DNA of 43,846 nucleotides. Source: a virus. Its lineage: Duplodnaviria; Caudoviricetes. The notes under the pieces were generated by a model. The model saw only the letters and a program-made list of their open reading frames with translations. It did no database searches and was not told the origin of the DNA. The position numbers and the translations under genes are program-made. Positions 1-6,521 of this stretch are shown here, one piece after another (within the stretch, counting starts at the first letter, position 1; every line of letters starts with the position of its first letter). The stretch is from the IMG/VR virus record IMGVR_UViG_3300037722_000477, positions 1-43,846 of that record. One strand, given 5' to 3'.

Positions 1-738
1 TTCGATGAGGCCGACGAGGTGCATGTCTCAGTGTCGTTCACCTGGGACAAGCCGCGCGCCGAAAAACTCGCTGAGCAGTGGTCACAGGTGGCGCCGACGA
101 AGGTTGGCGGCGTGGCCTACGGCGACGCGAGTCTGGAGTTTATCCCCGGCCGTTACATCAGGCACGGCTACACGATCACATCGCGTGGTTGCCCGCGCCG
201 GTGCTGGTTCTGCGGCGTCTGGAAGAAGTGGCCGACCGCGAACCCGTTGCCGATTTACGACGGCTGGAACGTGCTCGACGACAACCTGCTCGCCTGCCCT
301 GAATGGCACGTCCGCTCCGTCTTCGAGATGCTGAAGCGCCAGACGCAGCGTGTCGAGTTCACGGGTGGTCTGGAAGCGGCGGCGCTCCAGGATTACCAAG
401 TGGACCTGCTCGCCAGCCTCAGTCCGAAGCCGTCAATGTTCTGGGCCTACGATCCCGGCGATCCGTTCGAGACGCTGGAATACGCGGCAACGCGGATGCT
501 GTCGGCAGGCTGGACGCGCGAGTCCCATCGGCTCCGGTGCTACGTGCTCATCGGCTATCCGCGCGACACGTTCGGGCTGGCTGAAAAGCGGCTGACCGAC
601 ATGCTTCGGATCGGATTCACGCCGATGGCGATGCTCTGGAAGCCGGAGGTCGAAGCGGCAATGAAGTGGGAACCGGCGCCGGAGTGGCGGGCGTTTCAGC
701 GGCGCTGGGTGCGTCCGGCCATCATCCATGCGGCGTGA
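1..738 (+). CDS. Radical SAM superfamily protein (5'-truncated at window edge)
   Basis: Frame open from base 1; TSRGCPRRCWFC = CxxxCxxC 4Fe-4S motif, followed by LDDNLLA. Confidence 0.8.
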   Translation, partial: FDEADEVHVSVSFTWDKPRAEKLAEQWSQVAPTKVGGVAYGDASLEFIPGRYIRHGYTITSRGCPRRCWFCGVWKKWPTANPLPIYDGWNVLDDNLLACPEWHVRSVFEMLKRQTQRVEFTGGLEAAALQDYQVDLLASLSPKPSMFWAYDPGDPFETLEYAATRMLSAGWTRESHRLRCYVLIGYPRDTFGLAEKRLTDMLRIGFTPMAMLWKPEVEAAMKWEPAPEWRAFQRRWVRPAIIHAA

Positions 739-807
739 CAGGCAAGCCGCTCTCCGTGGAGAGACGACGAGCGAGAAGAAATGACCGTATTTGCTGAGGA
801 AATAGGC

Positions 808-848
808 TATAATCGGGATGCGCGAGTGTTGAACGCACCGCGCATCCC
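808..848 (+). promoter_or_regulatory. -10 box (TATAAT) followed by GC-rich hairpin, upstream of HNH gene
   Basis: TATAAT 808-813; GGGATGCGCG 815-824 pairs with CGCGCATCCC 839-848; no good -35. Confidence 0.5.
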
Positions 849-882
849 TCACCACAACGCGCTGCTTGGAGGCGGCGACGTC

Positions 883-1374
883 ATGGCTAATTCTCAGTGT
901 ATCCGACCCTCGTACGCCGACGTCATGGACGCGGCCCAGCAGGCGCTGTTTTGGGCGAAGGTCGACAAGCGCGGCGCTGGCGGCTGTTGGGTTTGGACCG
1001 CCGCTACTCATAGTGCTCAGCGTCCGTACGGAGTCTTTGGCATACGCGGCAAGAGCTCTAAGGCGCATCGCATCTCGTGGGAGCTGCTCCGCGGGCGGAT
1101 TCCTGACGACCTTGTGCTTGATCACATTTGCCGGAACCACGGGTGTGTAAACCCAGATCACCTTGAGCCCGTGACGCTTCGCGAGAACGTGCTTCGCGGC
1201 GTTGGCATTACAGCGATCGAAGCGCGTCAGACGCATTGCAAGTACGGTCACGCGTTGGTCGGCGGCAACCTTCGGCGCAAAAGCAAGAAACGCGTTGGTC
1301 GGCAGTGCGCAACGTGCTGGCGGAGACTGCGCCGCGACTACATGAGAAGGCGGCGGGCGGAAACCATCAACTAA
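883..1374 (+). CDS. HNH homing endonuclease with C-terminal zinc-binding segment
   Basis: FWAKVDK..GCWVW..AHRISWELLRG..LDHICRNHGCVNPDHLEPVT..EN; THCKYGH..RQCATC; start at 883 chosen for GGAGG SD. Confidence 0.9.
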   Translation: MANSQCIRPSYADVMDAAQQALFWAKVDKRGAGGCWVWTAATHSAQRPYGVFGIRGKSSKAHRISWELLRGRIPDDLVLDHICRNHGCVNPDHLEPVTLRENVLRGVGITAIEARQTHCKYGHALVGGNLRRKSKKRVGRQCATCWRRLRRDYMRRRRAETIN

Positions 1375-1456
1375 CGCGTCGAGTGATTCGGAGGATCCCA
1401 TGATCAACACAGGGCGTGAGACACGGAGCGCTGAGGACGCCACGGATCTGATCGCG
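1357..1456 (+). repeat. 100-bp exact direct repeat, copy 1 (copy 2 = 43747-43846)
   Basis: GCGGAAACCATCAACTAA...GATCTGATCGCG identical to the contig end. Confidence 0.95.
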
Positions 1457-1876
1457 CTGATCCAGGACCAGGTGCTGGCGGCGCGGCAGCACGGGCTGGA
1501 CAGCGTCGCGCTGACCCTCTCGGAGGGGGCGGCGGTCGTGGCGTGTGTGGCGGCGCTCCAGCAGGCGCGCGACGCGGCCGATACCTATCGTGCGGAGGCG
1601 TGGGGGCATGCGGCGACCTGGATGGAGCGCGCCGAAGCGGCCGAATGTCAGATCCAGGCGGCCGAGCAGGAGTTGACCCGGTTGCGCCGCACCGAGGTCG
1701 AAGTCTGGCAGAACCCGGAACAGTGGATGAAGTGGTGTGATATTCGCGTGCTGGAGCGCGCTGAGGCGGCCGAGGACCGGATCGCCCGCGTGCAGGCATT
1801 AGTTGATAGGTGGCGCGGCTCGTTGTCGTACGACGAATGCGTCCAAGCCTTGTGCGCCGCCATGGGCCAGGCGTAG
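1400..1876 (+). CDS. Hypothetical coiled-coil phage protein
   Basis: GGAGG SD; repeated ERAEAAE helical motifs. Confidence 0.7.
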   Translation: MINTGRETRSAEDATDLIALIQDQVLAARQHGLDSVALTLSEGAAVVACVAALQQARDAADTYRAEAWGHAATWMERAEAAECQIQAAEQELTRLRRTEVEVWQNPEQWMKWCDIRVLERAEAAEDRIARVQALVDRWRGSLSYDECVQALCAAMGQA

Positions 1877-1878
1877 GC

Positions 1879-2205
1879 GTGAAGGCTCTCTTTATCCCGT
1901 TGCGCACCGAGTTCTATGTGGCGTTCGCCAACGGCACCAAGACCGACGAGTACCGGCTCTACGGGCCGCGGTGGAACGAGCGGACCTGTAACGTCGGTCG
2001 ACGGGTGGTGATCAGCCACGGCTACGGCACCAGGCATCGGCTGCACGGCCGCGTCGTGTCGTTCGCGCGCTGCTCGCCGAACACGTTGCACGGCGAGCTC
2101 GAGACGACACTGCGCCGCATCTACGGCCAGACGCACGGCGACGTCGCGCGCATTGCGATCGAGCTTCAGGACACCGCCCTCCGTGCAGGAGAGGAGCCGA
2201 CATGA
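1879..2205 (+). CDS. ASCH/PUA-like domain protein
   Basis: GTG start; F..GTKTDEYR matches ASCH GxKxxExR motif. Confidence 0.65.
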   Translation: MKALFIPLRTEFYVAFANGTKTDEYRLYGPRWNERTCNVGRRVVISHGYGTRHRLHGRVVSFARCSPNTLHGELETTLRRIYGQTHGDVARIAIELQDTALRAGEEPT

Positions 2206-2380
2206 ACACGATGCACCTCATCGGCACAGAAGAAGTAGCCCGAGCGGCGTCACGGATGCAGGAAGCGGCGCAGCGCATGAATGACGCCGCAGCTCGCATC
2301 GAACACGCGTTCTATGCCCGGCAGCAGTGGGAAGAGGAGTACCTAACGCGCCTCGAAGCCCTCCGTGCAGGAGAGGAGCC
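2176..2380 (+). repeat. 23-bp direct repeat GCCCTCCGTGCAGGAGAGGAGCC at 2176-2198 and 2358-2380
   Basis: Exact copies at the ends of two adjacent ORFs; both encode ALRAGEEP and contain an SD-like core. Confidence 0.9.
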
Positions 2381-2423
2381 CGCACAGAAAGAGCCTTTGT
2401 CGCGTGGGGAGCCTAGCCGGTGA
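2202..2423 (+). CDS. Hypothetical protein
   Basis: ATGA overlap with upstream gene; SD inside the repeat. Confidence 0.7.
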   Translation: MNTMHLIGTEEVARAASRMQEAAQRMNDAAARIEHAFYARQQWEEEYLTRLEALRAGEEPAQKEPLSRGEPSR

Positions 2424-2463
2424 CTCCACCGATTGGATCCTCGCGTAGTCCGCTGGGTAGCTG

Positions 2464-3352
2464 ATGCCACCGACAGTTGGGAGCTTGTTCGCAGGGATCG
2501 GCGGGTTCGATTTGGGCTTAGAGCGCGCGGGCTTTGAGGTCCGCTGGCAGGTTGAGATTGACCCCTTTTGCCGTTCTGTGCTGGCAAAGCACTGGCCGGC
2601 GGTGAAGCGATACGAAGATGTCAAAGAGTGCTGCGCCGGCATGGTGCGCGTCAACAGGGAGGACTCCCGCTGTGTCGAGTGTGGCCGCCGAGACTGGTTG
2701 CCATGGGTCGATGTCATCGTCGGCGGATTCCCTTGCCAGGATGTTAGCGAGTCTGGAGCCAGAGCCGGTATCGACGGGCCACAGTCCGGTTTATGGCGCG
2801 AGATGTCTCGATTGGTTGGCGAGCTTCGACCCAGATTCGTCATCGTGGAGAACGTCTCAGGGCTGCTTGTTTCAGGGATGGGCCGAGTGGTCGGCGACCT
2901 TTCCCGCCTGGGGTATGACGCGGAGTGGGGAACTCTATCGGCTTGCGCCTTCGGTGCGCCACATACACGCGAGCGGGTGTTCATTGTGGCCTACCCCGAC
3001 GAAGGTCGACGGCGAACATCCGGGCCGCGTGAAGTGGAAAGACGCACCAACAGCTATCGTTGTCGATCGCCGTCAACCAGGAGCAATTGAGGCTCGGTCT
3101 GCCTACTGGAAAAGTGAACCCAGGATTCCGCGAGTGGTTGATGGGTTACCCGATCTCGTGGACCGAGGCGCCGGCCTTGGCAACGCCATCGTCCCTGACA
3201 TCGCGGAGTGGATCGGGCACCGCGTGATCGCTGCGATGCAATCCGGCGCTGTACGTGGTGGGTCGACGAGGCTGGAGGCTGAGTCCGTAGCTGTGTCGTC
3301 CCCGAAGCGGAAACCAAAATCGAACGACTTCGTTGCAGGACAGGAGCCCTAG
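2464..3352 (+). pseudogene. dcm: DNA (cytosine-5) methyltransferase, alpha frame, broken by a +1 frameshift near 3038-3040
   Basis: Motif I SLFAGIGG, IV GGFPCQ, VI ENV, VIII PHTRERVF in 2464-3090; motif X (LGNAIVP) lies in the next frame, ending 3352. Confidence 0.8.
2618..3227 (+). pseudogene. Overlapping alternative-frame (beta-type) methyltransferase polypeptide carrying motif IX, broken by the same frameshift
   Basis: SSWRTSQ..FPAWGMTRSG..WPTP in the 2618 frame; removing one A at 3038-3040 continues it into HQQLSLSIAVN..KVNPGFREWLMGYPISWT with stop at 3225-3227. Confidence 0.7.
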
Positions 3353-3685
3353 ATGGACAGGCAGGCGATCGAGGGGTTGATACAGAAGTGGCGGTTTCAA
3401 TCTGGCCTGGCGCAAAAGATGCGCGGCCACGCTGGTGTGACCTCGCGCGAGAAGGCCGAATTGGACGCCGAGGCGCGGGTGCATGCGCTCTGCGCAGACC
3501 AATTAGAAGCCCTCCTCCGTGCCCAAGAGACGAGTCCGTCACACGCGGCGTGCCACGACGGCGCGTGCAACGGTGATCGTCGCTACCCGCGCGGGGCACA
3601 GGGCGTCTCCTGCTCCTGTGCGGGCCGGGATGCGCGATCGCTGTGCCCCTCCTGCCACCCGCTCCTCGCCCCGTCCGATGAGTAG
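3353..3685 (+). CDS. Hypothetical protein, Cys-rich C-terminus
   Basis: AGGAG SD; starts directly after upstream stop. Confidence 0.55.
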   Translation: MDRQAIEGLIQKWRFQSGLAQKMRGHAGVTSREKAELDAEARVHALCADQLEALLRAQETSPSHAACHDGACNGDRRYPRGAQGVSCSCAGRDARSLCPSCHPLLAPSDE

Positions 3686-3692
3686 TCCCCGC

Positions 3693-3875
3693 TCACGGAC
3701 AGTCGCGGCAGCGAGACGGCCAGCGCCCATGCGGGCAGCGTGCGCGGGGCCGGCCGCCCTGGCGCCCATTGGCGGCGCTGCTGGCCTGTTTGGCGGGGCT
3801 GGTCCGTCGGCCGAGGGCGCGGCCTGCCGCCGACGAGCCGTGGCGTCTGAGGGCGAGGCTGTGACGGCTGGCCAT
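3693..3875 (-). CDS. Small basic protein with SxAK..S..NGxxGGRP motif (putative DNA-binding)
   Basis: RTSPAKQASSAANGRQGGRPR; TGATG coupling to upstream gene. Confidence 0.6.
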   Translation of the reverse strand: MASRHSLALRRHGSSAAGRALGRRTSPAKQASSAANGRQGGRPRARCPHGRWPSRCRDCP

Positions 3876-4063
3876 CAGGGTCGGCGGCGATCGGTCGCCT
3901 GCCAGGCGGCGCGCCGGTCCGAGTGGGTGCGGCTGGCGAGGGCATCAGGGCGCCCGTCGCGCGTCACGGTGCGGCAGGGCTCGCCGATGCGGGCGCCGCA
4001 GACCGGACAGGGGACGGCTCCGATGACCTTGCGATCGCGGTTGACGTGGGACTGTCTACTCAT
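3875..4063 (-). CDS. Small zinc-finger protein
   Basis: CPVCGARIGEPC...HSDR pattern. Confidence 0.65.
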   Translation of the reverse strand: MSRQSHVNRDRKVIGAVPCPVCGARIGEPCRTVTRDGRPDALASRTHSDRRAAWQATDRRRP

Positions 4064-4070
4064 GTCAGTG

Positions 4071-4298
4071 TCACACGGCGTCGTCACTCTGAGAGGTGAG
4101 GAGCGCAATACCGGTGCTGGTACTCCACCGCTGCGCCTCCTCGGCGGCGATGCGAGGGGAGTCCGTCACGCGGCCAGCGCCCACGATCTCATCATGCACT
4201 CCATCTACTACCGGCCCGAAGCGATAGCGGATGATGCGCTCGGCCCGCCACCCTCTCGCATACACGCCTCCCACGCGGATATACTCTCTGGTCGTCAT
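4071..4298 (-). CDS. Hypothetical protein (MTT-start cassette)
   Basis: AGGAGGAG SD; shared start module. Confidence 0.65.
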   Translation of the reverse strand: MTTREYIRVGGVYARGWRAERIIRYRFGPVVDGVHDEIVGAGRVTDSPRIAAEEAQRWSTSTGIALLTSQSDDAV

Positions 4299-4412
4299 CG
4301 GTCTCTCCTCCTGCCCTCCGGTGAGAGGGCGATAGTGGGGGAGCCTGCGTCCTCCCCCTGCTCGGGGACCACCCGAGACGCTGCGGCGGCCCAGAGGCGG
4401 GCGCGCCGAAAG

Positions 4413-4751
4413 TCAGTCCTGATCGTCCTCGGTCCCGGCGTCGTCCAGCAGTGCGTTCCAGCGATCGGCGATGGCGTCCCACGCATCGCCATCTGTTTCA
4501 CAGACTGCGCCGAGTCCGTCGATGTGTGGGCCAGCCGGATGAGACGCCATGTCGATCGCCAACGCCTGCAGGTCGGCATCGGGCTCGATGTCGATGACCG
4601 CCAGATAGTCCTCGCTGCGGTTGGGTCGGACGAAATTCACGAGAGCCGTGTCGTGGCTCTCGCATCGGATCGTGCAGTCCCACCCGCTGCCGACTGTTCG
4701 GCCGGAGTAGGTCATGCCGTTTGCCGCGCTGCCGTAGGTCGTGGTCGTCAT
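4413..4751 (-). CDS. Hypothetical acidic protein (MTT-start cassette)
   Basis: GGAGG SD; TAG-ATG abutting junction. Confidence 0.7.
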   Translation of the reverse strand: MTTTTYGSAANGMTYSGRTVGSGWDCTIRCESHDTALVNFVRPNRSEDYLAVIDIEPDADLQALAIDMASHPAGPHIDGLGAVCETDGDAWDAIADRWNALLDDAGTEDDQD

Positions 4752-4952
4752 CTACTGGCCCTCCTGATCGTCGTCCTGGATCGCGGCGACGGCTGCACTG
4801 CGCGTGCGATAGGGTCCGCTCACGCGCCGCGGCCCCTCGTGAGAGGTCGGGGTGTGCCACGTATCGGCGGTCACCCACCATGCCCCGGCGCGGCCCTGGG
4901 TCGCCATGACGGTCTGCGGATACCCCGCGGGATGCTGCGTGTAGATCGTCAT
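4752..4952 (-). CDS. Hypothetical protein
   Basis: GGAGG SD; same GGAGGGCCAGTAGATGAC junction at both ends. Confidence 0.7.
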   Translation of the reverse strand: MTIYTQHPAGYPQTVMATQGRAGAWWVTADTWHTPTSHEGPRRVSGPYRTRSAAVAAIQDDDQEGQ

Positions 4953-5144
4953 CTACTGGCCCTCCGCGAGACGGTCAGCCGTGGCGTCGTCCGTGGCCTC
5001 GCGCCAAATGGCGGCGACATCCTGCGCGGTCGCCATCGGATCATCGGCCAGCGCCTGTCTCACGACCACGCCCAGCGTGTCATCCGGCGACGTGATGCCC
5101 ATCAGCGAGAGTTCGGCGAGCAGTTCCGCGGTGCGGGTCGTCAT
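4953..5144 (-). CDS. Hypothetical acidic protein (first gene of leftward operon)
   Basis: AGGAGG SD downstream of promoter at 5189-5217. Confidence 0.7.
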   Translation of the reverse strand: MTTRTAELLAELSLMGITSPDDTLGVVVRQALADDPMATAQDVAAIWREATDDATADRLAEGQ

Positions 5145-5188
5145 CGGTCTGTCCTCCTGGGCCGCCGGTGAGCGGCCTCACTGGAGAG

Positions 5189-5217
5189 AGTATGGCACAT
5201 CCGTTAGGTTTGCGCAA
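5189..5217 (-). promoter_or_regulatory. Sigma70-type leftward promoter
   Basis: TTGCGC-17 bp-CATACT with extended TG on the minus strand. Confidence 0.7.
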
Positions 5218-5281
5218 GTGGGCAAAACATTAGGAAATATGCGCATGCTCACGGGGTGGATGGGCAGTCAGGAGGCCGCGG

Positions 5282-5575
5282 ATGTCCCGAGATGACCTCG
5301 CCGATGCGGAGCGGATCCTGGCGCAGTCCCGGGCGGCACTGACTCGGCACCGCCGACGCGGGCGTGAGCCACGCATCCTGGATCCAGCCACGCATCCGCG
5401 GCGGTATGTGAGCTTAGTGGTGGCCGCTGCGTATCTGGAGATCGACCGGAAGACGCTGGAGAAGCTCCTGCAGGCCGGGAAGCTCGCCTATGAGCATCGC
5501 GGCCGGCGTCGGAAGATTGCGGTGAGCGAGCTCGTGGACTTCGAGCGCCGCGAACACACCGCGCGCGCCTCCTGA
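5282..5575 (+). CDS. Excisionase-like (MerR/HTH_17) DNA-binding protein, possible late regulator
   Basis: YVSLVVAAAYLEIDRKTLEKLLQAGKL...RRRKIAVSEL. Confidence 0.8.
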   Translation: MSRDDLADAERILAQSRAALTRHRRRGREPRILDPATHPRRYVSLVVAAAYLEIDRKTLEKLLQAGKLAYEHRGRRRKIAVSELVDFERREHTARAS

Positions 5576-5591
5576 TGTTCCACGTGGCACT
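5576..5591. promoter_or_regulatory. parS-like palindrome TGTTCCACGTGGCACT
   Basis: 14/16 match to the parS variant TGTTCCACGTGGAACA; intergenic. Confidence 0.5.
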
Positions 5592-5676
5592 AAAGTAGGG
5601 AAACAGGGTTAAAAGCGGGAAAGCTGCCAGCACTCCCTAGCGAGCCATCCAGCGATTTCGTATGCTCAGCCGCAGC

Positions 5677-5907
5677 GTGTATTTCGGCCGTGGCACCTTT
5701 GCTTCGCATCGTGAGTCCGCCTCGCGCGGACGTCGCGATGGTGCGCCCTACGCCCCGGATCTGACCGAGGCCGAGATCGACGCCCGCCATGCGGCGGCGC
5801 TCGCCGAGATTCGCCGTCGTCCCCGCTGCCCGATCGGGGTGGGGCATGTGCTGCTGACGACCGACGACGGCCTCATCCGCTGCCTGGATTGCGGGTGGGA
5901 ACCATGA
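5677..5907 (+). CDS. Hypothetical protein with C-terminal Cys/His cluster
   Basis: C..GH...RCLDCG; ATGA overlap with next gene; start uncertain. Confidence 0.55.
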   Translation: MYFGRGTFASHRESASRGRRDGAPYAPDLTEAEIDARHAAALAEIRRRPRCPIGVGHVLLTTDDGLIRCLDCGWEP

Positions 5908-6065
5908 GCACGGATCTCGTGACCGACACGGACCTCAGGATCGCCCACCTCCAGCGGCACCTCGACGCCCTGACCGCCCGACTCGAGGCCCAGCAGCAGG
6001 CCATCGACGCCACCTTGCTGGCCCTGTCCGAGCGGATCTCCGCGCTGGAAGCAGGGAAGCGGTAA
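5904..6065 (+). CDS. Small coiled-coil protein
   Basis: Hand-translated 53 aa MSTDLVTD...LEAGKR, coupled at both ends. Confidence 0.6.
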   Translation: MSTDLVTDTDLRIAHLQRHLDALTARLEAQQQAIDATLLALSERISALEAGKR

Positions 6066-6488
6066 ATGGCCCGGCGACATGCCCCCCGCGGCCCGCTGAA
6101 GCAACGCGCACCCATAGACGCGCACACCCTTGGACACGCCAAGTGCTCCGCTCGGTCAAGTCGCACCGGGAAACCGTGCGGAAAGTGGCCGATTGCTGGG
6201 GCGACGGTCTGCCGCACGCATGGCGGCGCGGCCCCGCAGGTGCAGGCGGCGGCGTTGGAGCGTCTAAAAGCGTTGCAGCCAAAGGCGTTAAACCGCTTGG
6301 AGGCGCTCATCGACCTGACGGAATTCCCCTCGGTGGCATTCCAGGCGGTGAAGGCCGTCATTGACTGGACCGAGGGGAAAGCTGTCGAGACCGTCAAGGC
6401 GGAAATTCGGTCAGCCAGCGATCTGAGCGACGAGGAGCTGGCGGAGAAGGCCCAGGCGCTCATTGCCCAGTTGCGAAATTCCCAATGA
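6066..6488 (+). CDS. terS: Putative terminase small subunit (HGGxSTG-like motif)
   Basis: CSARS..GKPC..G..VCRTHGG; C-terminal DLSDEEL; directly before terL. Confidence 0.65.
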   Translation: MARRHAPRGPLKQRAPIDAHTLGHAKCSARSSRTGKPCGKWPIAGATVCRTHGGAAPQVQAAALERLKALQPKALNRLEALIDLTEFPSVAFQAVKAVIDWTEGKAVETVKAEIRSASDLSDEELAEKAQALIAQLRNSQ

Positions 6489-6521
6489 AAATGACACCCC
6501 GCCACCGTCTGGAGACTCCGC

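Noticed and set aside
3519-5171. 550-aa plus-strand ORF
   Set aside because: Shadow of the leftward operon, whose short genes have SDs, coupling and a promoter.
5282-5575. Evidence of an integration/excision module
   Set aside because: The HTH_17 fold alone is not diagnostic, and no recombinase or att repeat is nearby.
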